Shown here: one piece after another, positions 27,100-39,599 of the stretch | How positions within the stretch are numbered: position 1 is the first letter of the stretch | How the letters are laid out: each line of letters begins with the position of its first letter | Made by a program: the position numbers and the translations under genes | Notes under the pieces: model-generated | Told to the model about the DNA's origin: nothing | What the model saw: the letters and a program-made list of their open reading frames with translations, nothing else | Database searches by the model: none | Source: Schmidtea polychroa | Lineage: Eukaryota | Length of the DNA stretch: 64,000 bases | NCBI GenBank assembly: GCA_044892525.1 | Contig: CM097886.1 | Span: 166,706,312-166,770,311, forward strand | Direction: 5' to 3'

Positions 27100-27870
27100 T
27101 CAGGGATGGCGAACATATATCACATGTGCCCAAAGTGCCAGAAGCAGAAATGAAAAAGTTGACAAACTATCCTGATTGTTGACTGCTACGGGCATCATTG
27201 AAGTTGGAAAAAGTATGGGAAATGCCAGAAGCAGAAATGGAAAAAAATGTCAAATTATCCCGAATGCCGAATTATCAGTGATGACACAGGAGCTAGACAA
27301 ATTATTGAGAGACAGGAATGAAAAGACGAATAATCACAAGTGTCGCATAAGTGCGGACTATAAAAGAAAAAGTCTTCTTAATGGAATCAGAAATAAGTGA
27401 TCAAGGGAAAAATAAAAAAGATAGTCGTGAAATAATTCGAAATTAAAGAAATTGGAAATGAGAGAAATTAAAAGTGAGAAATTAGAACTTGGAAAGAAGA
27501 GAAAATATTGGAACTAAATGTTTCAATAAAATTGAATTCAAAAAGAAAGGTTTAAAGTATACTGAATAAATTCAAGTCAAAGCAAAGGAAATTCAATTCA
27601 ATTTACCAAATTATTGAGCCAGATCAGCGGCTGGTGATTGTTCAATAATTGGGAATCATACGAGTATAGCTATTCCTCACGTAGTGTCGTAATAAGCTCT
27701 GTGTAATTATCTATTTGAGTATTGAATCGATCGTGTTGTTATAATTCGTGTAATCAATTGTGATAAGGTTTATCTTGTCTGAGAATTGTTATTTTAAGGA
27801 TCAAATAAAGCACGCTTTAGAGTCAGAGATTTGATTAGTAACTTTTAAATACCCCAAACCAATAATCCAA
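27100..27870 (+). mobile_element. LTR-like sequence, relative of 19447-20180
   Basis: Shared blocks such as GAAAGGTTTAAAGTATA.TGAATAAATTCAAGTCAAAGCAAAGG and GTCAGAGATTTGATT.GTAACTTTTAAATA. Boundaries approximate. Confidence 0.6.
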
Positions 27871-28514
27871 AAAATTATAAGATAAGAAGTTATTTTGAGA
27901 ATAATGAAAACAGATGTAATGTGCCCCCCCACCAATATCTCAGTTCCAAAACATATTCACACAGCCTCCTGGGTTAAGAAGTATCTCATATGCGTTTTAT
28001 TTTTGTCATCCTATATCTGTGTGGTTTTCGAAATATTTTACACTGGACATTAGAAAATGGGAAGGTTTATATACAGTTATTATTATTACTGAAACATCAA
28101 TGCAAAACAAATTATAAAAGTTGGCGTCAAAATAAACGCATTGTCAAATGTTGAAATATTTTAATAATTTTAGTTGCTAGCTTTTGATATCGGTTCAAAA
28201 ATAATAGTATGCGACAGTATATAATTATATAATTAATTGACAAATCTTATTCTGGACCCTGCGAGTGGTACAAGCCAAACCTTTCTATGCACCTTCACAA
28301 ATAGATGTGCTACCATTGATTGATGTGAAAGAATATCGATTTATTTATTATCATCAAGTAAGTTTTTATTTTGTTTTCATAATCATTTTTTGATCAATTA
28401 ATAACTTATTTAATTAATTAAAAATATAAAATTTATTTCCATAAATAAAAACAAAAATAAAAATGTAAATGCCTATTTCAAATTTGCAAGTTCTGTGAGA
28501 ATATTGCTGATATT

Positions 28515-28922
28515 TCAATAGCATCGAATTTTTTTCATTATTGTTATTTGATTTTCCTTAATATATTTGAAGATCGGAGACGATTCCACGACGATCTCTC
28601 GAAACCGAAATACTTCCTCTTGGATATCACAATCCGGGTCGCAGTTATCGATAGACAAAACTGCTGGTGGTTCATAACAAGGATTTATATTCAACACAAA
28701 TGTTATGTGGCATTTCTTTGAAGGGGGGTCAGGTTTTAAATAAATAATTTGACTTCCGTTTTGATACTTAATATAAACCGGGTCGCTGAATGATTTCCCC
28801 TTCAACAGCTGATTCACGAAGCTGAAAATCTCCGGCCATGTTCGAATGTGAAGGCAAAATTCTTTCTGAATTGTTGCCATGATCAGCGAGAGAATTATTA
28901 GAGATCTGAAAATATATTTCAT
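28515..28922 (-). CDS. Secreted Cys-patterned protein, subfamily A, copy 1 (135 aa from MKYIF)
   Basis: Intact single-exon ORF with a hydrophobic N-terminus MKYIFRSLIILSLIMA and 6 Cys. The upstream ATG at 28970 lies 3 nt after a TATAAATA box, so the second ATG is the likelier start. Confidence 0.75.
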   Translation of the reverse strand: MKYIFRSLIILSLIMATIQKEFCLHIRTWPEIFSFVNQLLKGKSFSDPVYIKYQNGSQIIYLKPDPPSKKCHITFVLNINPCYEPPAVLSIDNCDPDCDIQEEVFRFREIVVESSPIFKYIKENQITIMKKIRCY

Positions 28923-29085
28923 TTGTTTTAATAGAAGAAACTGAATATTTCTGCTCAATTTATATCTCATTCTATTTATATCTCTGTACGTAAATAGATC
29001 AAATGAAAGATCTGATAATTTTATATTGAAATTGGAAAATTTATTAATCGTGATTGCTATGAATTTTGAAATAAGAAAATTTAAT

Positions 29086-29780
29086 CGTTGGGTATTTTGT
29101 GTAAATCAGTGTCACTGTCTGACTTCTCGGTGTCCTTTTATTTATCAAATCGAACCCCCAACACAATAATATTTATTTAGAATTATCATAATTACATCAC
29201 TTCTCTTTTATTACACACTTTACGGAATCAATCTCAAATTACACAACTTTAAATAACTCTTTATAATATATACACTTTCCAATTCGAACCTGATCCTTGC
29301 GCAAGGATAAATCTTCCAAAGGAAGATGTCCCTTTCTAATACGCTGGATTCAAAAAGATTTGGTTATCACTAAGTTAAATTTGCCTTTGCTTTCTTTCTC
29401 TATTCTATAACTTTTCTTTAATCGACATACTGGCGATTCTGTTTACTTACCGTTCGCTTTTATAACTATCTCGTAGTTAAACTATCCATTAATCGAATTG
29501 CTTTGAATCCCTTTTCCCTGGCTTCCCCTTACCGACCTAATTAGTTTGGGGAATTTGCTCTTTTTTTTATGGCTTGCCTCAATTTAATTATTCGTCAACT
29601 GATTCAATTGCCTCTAGCTAATTCGATTAACCACTCGGGTCCTCTCACACTAGCTCAGGATTTCTATTAGCTAATTAATTTTAAAATTAATATTAGTTTT
29701 GTAATTATTTCCTTCTGGGGATCCTCCATTGACTTTTATTCTTATCACATTTGAACTCGTCTCATTGTTCAGCATCCGGG
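29086..29780 (-). mobile_element. 5'-truncated LTR-like sequence
   Basis: TATAAAAG box, ends AAAATACCCAACG on minus (compare AAAACCCAACA of the 18329-19390 LTR), with similar U3-like motifs. Confidence 0.45.
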
Positions 29781-30727
29781 CATACTAGTTTCCCCAGGAA
29801 AATATTCATTTAAAATTTTTTTGATTTTTAATTAATATTTTTGTACTTTAAAATATTATTCTGAATTTGATGCCTTTATTGATTTTAACCTCATTTTAGT
29901 GCCTCTTTTGTTGAACCCCAAAATAATTAACTATTAATTAATTTTAAGTAATAACGAGTGAGTGGTATAAACCAAGCTAGTTATTCAGCATTACGCAATA
30001 TCTATATGGGTAATCTGATGTTTAATTTTATAAAGTTTCGTAATTCATATATATGACGACCATTGACCTCCTACATAATATTTTACCTTTGACTTCTTGC
30101 ACAATCAATTAGTTGATTAGTTTATGTAGAAATTTAATTTAATTAGTTGAAAAAATTTATAAAATAAATTTAAAATATAAAAATAAATTATGATGAAAAA
30201 TAAATTATTTTATTTATCACTTGATCAAATATTTTACAATCGAACCAAATATGTTATAAATTATTTAATGTTAAATTTATTTAATCTTGTTCACTTTTGT
30301 CATTTTTTCAATATTCAATAAGGGTAAAACAAAATAATTACAGACGCTATAAAATGTTAATTTATTTTCTTTTTTTTTCTTTTTTTACTTATGTTTTGTC
30401 AAAATTTATCGTAAGATGGTAAATATCACCACCGAATGATCAATTTATATTAAATATAATATTTTTACTATTTCCTTTAATCCAGAAAACCTTTTGGTTT
30501 TTTATCAGAGTTTATTTTTCACTCATAAAAATGAAAAAAAAAATAAGTAAAGGTCTGGAATTTTGATAAAACGATCTGAAAGCAGTCAGTCAAGACTATG
30601 TAATTACCAATGCGAAACGACGAAAATTCTAATTCTAAAAATAAAATGCTAAACTATATAAATACTAAATAATAATGAGAACATTATTTGTATAATAATC
30701 ACCACAATTGAAACAAGAAAAAGAAAA

Positions 30728-31156
30728 ATGTGGGCGAAGATATTCATGTTAATGATAATGAATGTAATTTCCACCAAGGGAACCTCAATTGAGGATTGCT
30801 TACCAAGCGCATCGTGGATGAGCATTTTCAATATAATTTCATCTCTTTCAAAAGAATATCATTTTAAACAACCGAATCCCATCAGTGAGATAAAAGGAGA
30901 ACAAGTCATTGATGTTGAATTCAACAAAGATAATGGATGCATAATGGATGGCAGTATCATAATTAACCCTTGCCTCGACCCTCCGGTTTACCTATCAATA
31001 AAGAAATGCAATTGTATACCACATTGTCAATGTAGACCTCAGTACCAAATTTATACATTCAGATGGATAAAAGTTATCAGAAAGAATATGGATTATGATT
31101 ATCTAAAATTTGTCACCTTCACAAAGGAACTCGTTGCTGGATGCGTGAGAAAATAA
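30728..31156 (+). CDS. Secreted Cys-patterned protein, subfamily B, copy 1 (142 aa)
   Basis: Intact single-exon ORF with a signal-peptide-like N-terminus, 8 Cys, and a TATATAAA box about 70 nt upstream. Confidence 0.75.
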   Translation: MWAKIFMLMIMNVISTKGTSIEDCLPSASWMSIFNIISSLSKEYHFKQPNPISEIKGEQVIDVEFNKDNGCIMDGSIIINPCLDPPVYLSIKKCNCIPHCQCRPQYQIYTFRWIKVIRKNMDYDYLKFVTFTKELVAGCVRK

Positions 31157-31323
31157 ATTTATAATTATTTTATTTTCAATAGATTAATTTCATGAATTTT
31201 TAGTTTTTAGTTTCAATTTTATCACTCCCAAGTTTCAAATTATTGACAATTACGATATCATATAGTCGGCGTAAGACATGACCAAGAAGCTGTAATAAGA
31301 TGTAATAAGGTACTGCATTTTAA

Positions 31324-32819
31324 CCCTTTCACGGCTTTGTTACGTTCGTGTCCATCTACATAAAATCTTGATTGAGTAAGTAAACTAAAATTATTTAAAT
31401 ATTTTTATTAACAAATCCTTAATTCGGAATGTATTTCTGTTAACTTCATTATGGGTAATCATTCACACATGTCAATGTAACTGAACAAAATAAAAACAAA
31501 TTTGAAAATCGCAAAAAAGCATTGCCGAAAACTCTTATTCAATATCAAATAAAATATTCGGTTATTTTCAACTCTCAAATTTCCTCAATGATTGATGGAT
31601 TTCCCTTGAATAATAAATGAGATTAATTGGTTAATATTTTTTCATATGTAACACATATTAACAACTGGGAAATTACAAAATTTGAAGTGCAAAGAAATGG
31701 CAATTTTTTAACAAATAAAAATTTAATAGGCATCGGGAAATGTTTGTCAAAACTAATTTCGATATTTTACATTTAATTTTCAATCAATTATATTTTATAA
31801 GTTTCTGTCTCCTTCCACCTTCACAAGAAAGGATTGGGGTTTTCTAAAATTTCCATTCTTCTTAAGGATGAATTAATAAGTTTAATTATCAAGATTTTTA
31901 TATTATGCAAAATTATAAATAAATATAAAATTATTTGAAAAACTGAATTTTTATTTTAAATTTGCACTTTAGTTTATTACCAATCGATTTCTTTATAAAA
32001 ACATTGCAAATATCACCCCATCGCATAAGTGTTCTTTTTTATTCCTTTTCTCTCCTACATTTACCTTTAGAATTCCTTTAAAAGATTGGAAATCCATTTT
32101 CATTCTTTCAATCATCCAATGGCATGCGATCAGCATCGCAGTTAAATGCTCAATCCAATCAAATTTGTAGATTTATTTTAAGAAATTTCTAAAAATAACA
32201 TTTGAAATTGTTGATCATAGCAACATTAAACTACAGATTTTATCAGAATGGTAAATAAAACAAACCGCAGAAACATGTTATATAAAAAAAATACGTATTG
32301 CAATTTTTTTAAAAATTAATTAATTTTTTATCTAATTTAATTGGTATATAATTTAAATAAAAAATATTCATAAAATCTACTTATATGAATCAGTTTTCAA
32401 AAATAACAATAAAAATGTGTCCAGCATGATATAATACAAATATCAGAGTTTTCGTAATAATACGTTTTGATTTTTGGACAAAAATCACAGATTGAAGTTT
32501 CATTGCAACTATTCTGGACGCCTGAGAAAGCGGGACTGACTTTTGTTTGTATTTGATATCATGACAATATATTCTGTTAAATCTGAAAGAAAAAAATTGA
32601 ATCTAAACAGGAAATGGCACAAAAGGCTAAAATTTTCTTTTTGAAATAAAGAGATTTTTCCCGTATTTTTTCCCCGGTAATATTGTATTGGTCGTAAAGA
32701 ATCATCTACCGAGAATTATTACTTTTCGCAAATTGGACTTTTTGGACCTTTAATTGTCTGACTTTAGTGTAATTTACTAAAAGATAATTTGTAACGAGTG
32801 TAACAAAGCCGTGAAAGGG
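31324..32819. mobile_element. piggyBac-like non-autonomous element at the palindrome centre
   Basis: TTAA at 31320-31323 and 32820-32823, with a 20-bp TIR CCCTTTCACGGCTTTGTTAC / GTAACAAAGCCGTGAAAGGG. No intact ORF inside. Confidence 0.6.
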
Positions 32820-32986
32820 TTAAAATGCAGTACCTTATTACATCTTATTACAGCTTCTTGGTCATGTCTTACGCCGACTATATGATATCGTAATTGTCAA
32901 TAATTTGAAACTTGGGAGTGATAAAATTGAAACTAAAAACTAAAAATTCATGAAATTAATCTATTGAAAATAAAATAATTATAAAT

Positions 32987-33415
32987 TTATTTTCTCACGC
33001 ATCCAGCAACGAGTTCCTTTGTGAAGGTGACAAATTTTAGATAATCATAATCCATATTCTTTCTGATAACTTTTATCCATCTGAATGTATAAATTTGGTA
33101 CTGAGGTCTACATTGACAATGTGGTATACAATTGCATTTCTTTATTGATAGGTAAACCGGAGGGTCGAGGCAAGGGTTAATTATGATACTGCCATCCATT
33201 ATGCATCCATTATCTTTGTTGAATTCAACATCAATGGCTTGTTCTCCTTTTATCTCACTGATGGGATTCGGTTGTTTAAAATGATATTCTTTTGAAAGAG
33301 ATGAAATTATATTGAAAATGCTCATCCACGACGCGCTTGGTAAGCAATCCTCAGTTGAGGTTCCCTTGATGGAAATTACATTCATTATCATTAACATGAA
33401 TATCTTCGCCCACAT
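32987..33415 (-). CDS. Secreted Cys-patterned protein, subfamily B, copy 2 (142 aa)
   Basis: Intact ORF differing from copy 1 at T16I, I21T and V60A. Confidence 0.75.
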   Translation of the reverse strand: MWAKIFMLMIMNVISIKGTSTEDCLPSASWMSIFNIISSLSKEYHFKQPNPISEIKGEQAIDVEFNKDNGCIMDGSIIINPCLDPPVYLSIKKCNCIPHCQCRPQYQIYTFRWIKVIRKNMDYDYLKFVTFTKELVAGCVRK

Positions 33416-36400
33416 TTTTCTTTTGCTTGACTCAATTGTGATGGTTATTATACAAATAATGTTCTCGTTATCATTTAGTTTTTATATAGTTTATCATTTT
33501 ATTTTTAGAAATTTCATTCAAAGTTTTGCATTGGCTATTAATAAACATCTTGACTGATTGCTTTCAGATCGTTTTATCAAAATTCCAGACCTTTACTAAT
33601 TTTTTTTTATTTTTATGAGTGAAAAATAAACTCTGATAAAAAACCAAAAGGTTTTCTGGATTAAAGGAAATAGTAAAAATATTATATTTAATATAAATTG
33701 ATCATTCGGTGGTGATATTTACCATCTTACGATAAATTTTGACAAAACATAAGTAAAAAAAGAAAAAAAAAGAAAATAAATTAACATTTTATAGCGTCTG
33801 TAATTATTTTGTTTTACCCTTATTGAATATTGAAAAAATGACAAAAGTGAACAAGATTAAATAAATTTAACATTAAATAATTTATAACATATTTGGTTCG
33901 ATTGTAAAATATTTGATCAAGTGATAAATAAAATAATTTATTTTTCATCATAATTTATTTTTATATTTTAAATTTATTTTATAAATTTTTTCAACTAATT
34001 AAATTAAATTTCTACATAAACTAATCAACTAATTGATTGTGCAAGAAGTCAAAGGTAAAATATTATGTAGGAGGTCGTCATATATATGAATTACGAAACT
34101 TTATAAAATTGAACATCGGATTATCCATATAGATATTGCGTAATGCTGAATAACTAGCTTGGTTTATACCACTCACTCGTTATTACTTAAAATTAATTAA
34201 TAGTTAATTATTTTGGGGTTCAAGAAAAGAGGCACAAAAATGAGGTGAAAATCAATAAAGACATCAAATTCACAATAATATTTTAAAGTACAAAAATATT
34301 AATTAAAAATCAAAAAAATTTTTATATAAATATTTTCCTGGGGAAACTGAAAAATATTTTTAAAATCTCAATATCAGACATACAGAGACATAATTTTTAA
34401 TAATTTCTAAACACGATGGCTCGGCGTTTAGTTACACTTGTGCAATGCTATGCATTACACCCAATTCCGAAATTTAGCAACATCTATAATTCACGTTAGT
34501 GAGCACACTAGTTGAAGTGAGTCAACTTTTACGTGAAAATGAAGTTACTCAATTTCATTTATTCAATTTCTTAAAAATGGTTTTCAGGTACTTTTATTAA
34601 TTTCAAGTCACTTTAAGACTTGAATTTTGATTTTATATAATTATGAGATCATTATTCAAGTTCTTAAATATTACTGTTAGTCAGTATTTATAATATAACA
34701 TATTGATAATTAAATTTCAGGTGTTTTTTTTAGGAATTTTGACATTTTATGAATTTAATTGGAATTATTTCGATAAAATGTAAGTTGGATATATTTTTGA
34801 TTATAAATTTACATTTATTTTTTTAATACAATTAGGAAAGAAGGAAAGGCTGAATTTTGTCATTTTCTGTATATCTATGAAAATATTAATTTATTAAAAT
34901 AATTTATTTAAATTTACGAATTGTGAATTTCTTTCTGCAAATTCTAATGTTTTGTAATTTAATGAATAAATCTTACATTGTCAAATCTAAGGAAAGTTTA
35001 TATGCTAAATTATTTTATTCTTTTTCTCTGAAGCTCAAGGTAGAATTGTCGGATTCTAAATAAAAAGTATTTTCTTACAAATTTTTTAATAATTTCAAAA
35101 TAATTATATTTTAACAATATGTTAATGGTTATTGATTTCGGAACAAAAAAAGCTATATTAAATTTTCATGCATTTTTCATTATGTGTTTTGTGTTGGTAT
35201 GTTCAATTATTTTTCTCTCACCTTCACAGAATCCTATAATAAAGTTATTAAATTTCGAAACAATAAATTTCTACACACAGGTAAGTTTGTGTGTTCCTAT
35301 ACTATAAATTTATTGATTTTTTTTAGATTATTGTAGTTACTAAATTTCGGAATTAGGTGTAGAGTTCCTTTTTTGTATGTATACTGAGTTATAAATAGAT
35401 TGTTGCAGGATATTTAGGATAAAAAATAAAAAAAATAAAATAAAGTAAAAAAGAAAATATTCAGTGCTAATTCATTCAAGAATTTTTATAGTAATTTGGG
35501 CGATGAAGTATTTCAAATTTTAAAAATCGATACTAATATGAATTGTCATATATGTGATTGTGGATCATGAAAACCATCATCAGTGGTAAATTCTACGAAT
35601 AAGAACTCCAAGTCATTTCACCAACAAAGATATTTAGAATTCAAAACTTTTTAACAATTCAATATAATAAGAAATAATAACAATACTGTGTTATGTTATT
35701 AAATTCCAACTTTGATAAAACCTAAAATTCCTGAAGCTATACCTACCTAAAAATAAGTACTAAGAACAAAGTTCCTTGTACAAAATATTTGAGAACACTT
35801 TTCCCAAAACTTCACTTTACATTTCGTATTAATTCTGTTTTCTCGTCTCTCTTCTTTTTAAATTGTGTTTCCGTTTTTCTTTTCAACTTACGTCTTATTT
35901 TGTTCTTTTCGAATTTTGTCCTTTAAAAATTCCAAAGGTTGACTCAATTTGTGTTTTCTTTCATAGTCTGCAATCTAATGGCACTTACTGATATTGACTT
36001 TCGTCTATATTCCTTCTTTTCGTACTTTCCCTTTGGTCATATCCACTTCTTTTATTATCCCTTACACCTGTCGAGTTATATAATTTTTAGAAGACGCAAT
36101 TTCTAGTCTGTTCCAGTAATACATTTCTTTATCTCCTACAGCCTATCGAGATATGATAATTTAATTTCGATTTTGTTTTCCTTCATCGCTTTCTACATTA
36201 TTCACCCGATCGTATATTTAATCACTTATTATTGGATTTCATCATTTAGCTATCCTCAACAAAATTGAAATTTAAACCTTTATAAATTATAGTCTTATAA
36301 AGGCCTTCCAATCAGGTGAATATGCAAATAATTAATAGAAATGTTACATCTTCCTTTCTGTTATTAAATTTATCAACATTTCTGTTCTAATAAAAATATA

Positions 36401-37020
36401 TTTTTCTTAAATCATTTATCAATAAAAAAATGAATAAATTTAATCCAAACTTTTATCTTTTATATGAACACTTTTCAAAATATTTTAATTTCTCTGATAA
36501 ATAACACAAAAAATTAAAAATATTAAAATAGCAATAATCAGAATTTAATTTATAAAATAAATAATTAATAATTACTTTTGTTGTTTTCATTAATTAATTT
36601 TTCTTGATCAACAGCAGAATTGTGAAATCAATAAAATTTAATTTATTTTTTGGTATTTCTTTTAATATTGGATCCAAATTGATCCAATTAATTATTAATT
36701 ATTTAGAAATAAACTTTGAAACATTTTTGTTACTGACAATAAATGGTAACTATTATTCTGGACCCTGCGAGTGGTACAAGCCAAACCTTTCTATGCACCT
36801 TCACAAATAGATGTGCTACCATTGATTGATGTGAAAGAATATCGATTTATTTATTATCATCAAGTAAGTTTTTATTTGGTTTTCATAATCATTTTCTGAT
36901 CAATTAATAACTTATTTAATTAATTAAAAATATAAAATTTATTTCCATAAATAAAAACAAAAATAAAAATGTAAATGCCTTTTTCAAATTTGCAAGTTCT
37001 GTGAGAATATTGCTGATATT

Positions 37021-37428
37021 TCAATAGCATCGAATTTTTTTCATTATTGTTATTTGATTTTCCTTAATATATTTGAAGATCGGAGACGATTCTACGACGA
37101 TCTCTCGAAACCGAAATACTTCCTCTTGGATATCACAAACGGGGTCGCAGTTATCGATAGACAAAACTGCTGGTGGTTCATAACAAGGATTTATATTCAA
37201 CACAAATGTTGTGTGGCATTTCTTTGAAGGGGGGTCAGGTTTTAAATAAATAATTTGACTTCCGCTTTGATACTTAATATAAACCGGGTCGGTGAATGAT
37301 TTCCCCTTCAACAGCTGATTCACAAAGCTGAAAATCTCCGGCCATGTTCGAATGTGAAGGCAAAATTCTTTCTGAATTGTTGCCATGATCAGCGAGAGAA
37401 TTATTAGAGATCTGAAAATATATTTCAT
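37021..37428 (-). CDS. Secreted Cys-patterned protein, subfamily A, copy 2
   Basis: Intact, with four amino acid differences from copy 1. Part of a ~2.1-kb duplicated unit (about 35450-37547). Confidence 0.75.
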   Translation of the reverse strand: MKYIFRSLIILSLIMATIQKEFCLHIRTWPEIFSFVNQLLKGKSFTDPVYIKYQSGSQIIYLKPDPPSKKCHTTFVLNINPCYEPPAVLSIDNCDPVCDIQEEVFRFREIVVESSPIFKYIKENQITIMKKIRCY

Positions 37429-37834
37429 TTGTTTTAATAGAAGAAACTGAATATTTCTGCTCAATTTATATCTCATTCTATTTATATCTCTGTACGTAAA
37501 TAGATCAAATGAAAGATCTGATAATTTTATATTGAAATTGGAAAATTAAGGGTTATATTGAATAATTAAGTAAATTAAGGGCTTGATTTGGTAATCAACT
37601 AAATTAATTAAATTGACAGATATATTTCAAAATTAAGTAAGTTAAGGGTATTATTTTAGATGCATAGCTGTAAAGTGGAATTCCCGTAAAATGGAGTTCT
37701 CATAAAATTGAAAATATAAACAAGGCGTTTAATAGATAATAAAATCAAATAATCAAGGATTTTATTTTTAATAAAAACTTAAGAACTCATAATTTTTTAA
37801 TAGATTAATTTGTCAAAATTCTTCCAATCCTTTA

Positions 37835-38670
37835 ATGAACACAATAAATTGGATAAAAAATAAAAAGAAGACACTCGTGCCAATTTTCAATGATTATAGG
37901 TTTAAAAAAACGGTAAAGGCAGCAATGCACATTTTTGGGTGTAAAGTGACATGTATTACCAAGAATCAGAATTTGGAGAAAGTAAGTGGTTTACACGAGC
38001 ATCCCTTTGATGGCACAAGCAATATTATAAATGAATTTAAAACCATGCTACGTCATAAAATATCCCAGGATCCGTTTGTGCCAGCCAAAGCCCTTTACAG
38101 TTCTACAAGAAGGGAAGTGATTCAATCAGGCACAATACTCGACACAGAGGATTTTTTGCTAAGCTTGACATCATTTATTTCAATTAAAACTTTTATCTAT
38201 AACGAGAAGCATATGCACTTTCCTGTCTCTAGTACCATGGACGGATTTATTTTTGATCGCGCTTTTTCAATGATTTTTTGATTTCAGACGAAAATATTAA
38301 CGGAAGAATAATTTTATTTGGAAATCCAGTGACAATTTCTCAATTTTGTCATCAAAATGAACAACGCATATTCCTAAATGGTACATTCAAATCGTGCCCC
38401 AGTTTTTTTTATCAACTTGATATCATTCATGGACTGTACAAAGGAGTTAGTATACCATTATTTTATGCATTTCTTGGAAATAAAACTCAAGAAATTTACA
38501 CTAGACTGTTAACATTAATTCATAACAAATATGGAATGCTTAATATGCCGTTAAATCCATCTACCATTATTATTGATTATGAATACTCCATGTTAAATGA
38601 ATTAAGAACTATTAAATGTTATTATTGCACATCGAAAACACTACTACACTGTACGATAATGAAAAAATAA
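37835..38670 (+). pseudogene. MULE (Mutator-like) transposase remnant
   Basis: IFLNGTFKSCPSFFYQL..IHG...IPLFYAFLGNKTQEIY..L...IIIDYE is the MULE pattern with the first catalytic D changed to N. Split into two ORFs and truncated. Confidence 0.8.
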
Positions 38671-39599
38671 GTTAAATAAATACGTACCTCACTCGACATC
38701 CGTATGAACGTGAACAAAACTAACGTACTACTGAATAGTTGAATATTCCAGTAAACTCACTCGACGTCTGGTTAGGGTGGGAGTAGGGCAGAGTCTGGTG
38801 CGTGCGACATGCGCGAAGATAACATGAGCCATTAAAATTCCTTAGAGTGAACCCAGTGTGTTGTGACTTAAGTAACACAATAGATACACAATTAGTACGA
38901 TAGTTAGAAAACGTTAATTGTCATTATTAGTACGATACTTAGCAAACGTTGATTGACATCACACCAGGTTTACGAGCGAGCTATATTTTTTATTGTCATA
39001 TCAAATTCTTTCAATTTGTCGACCCTGAAAATTTTTCTCTCGAACCCTCTGAGGATTGCGACCCACTGGTTGCGCACCACTGGTCTAGAGGAAAGAAAAT
39101 TCTATTTCCGAATTAAGAAGAGCTTATTATAAGCAAATATGTGATGCAGAATAAACATTGTATCTTTATTTTGTCTTTAATTGTTGTTATTATTATTTTA
39201 TGCAGCACCGGCGCTAGAGGTTCAGATGATGTGTGAAAATTGCATATTACCGCCTTCGCATTCCATAATAAGAGTAAAAAAACGATAAATGCATACATAA
39301 CAAAACAATATAACTTTATTACTTTTAATTTAATTCATATTTATTATAAAAACATAAAAATCTTAATATATAAGCAAACTATTTTGAAAAATTGTTCTGG
39401 AAATAACAAATTTCTGTACAATTTTGCCGCCTTTTGTATTTTTCCGCCGTGACGCCTGCGTGAAAATCACGCATCGTACCCGCCTCACGCCGGGCCTGAT
39501 TTTATGTGTTGTTAGTTAGTTGTAAGTATTAGGCCTCTGGTTGATTGTACATAGTTGTTGAATTATTACTATAATAATAATAATAATTATTATTATTAG

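Larger units (their letters stand above)
29787..34348. repeat. Large inverted duplication: arms 29787-31323 and 32820-34348
   Basis: Outer ends AGTTTCCCCAGGAAAATATT and AATATTTTCCTGGGGAAACT. The arms are reverse complements with scattered substitutions and indels, and each carries one subfamily B gene. Confidence 0.95.

Noticed and set aside
28922-28970. MRYKLSRN N-terminal extension of subfamily A (151-aa ORF calls)
   Set aside because: The first ATG lies 3 nt after the TATAAATA box. The second ATG gives a clean signal-peptide-like start and aligns the Cys positions with subfamily B.
31343-32800. piggyBac transposase remnants inside the palindrome spacer
   Set aside because: Only faint W-x-D and Cys patterns were seen, not enough to call; the element call rests on its termini.
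35119-35280. Type II membrane protein first exon ending at a CAG|GTAAGT donor
   Set aside because: Plausible, but no downstream exon or family motif was found to support it.
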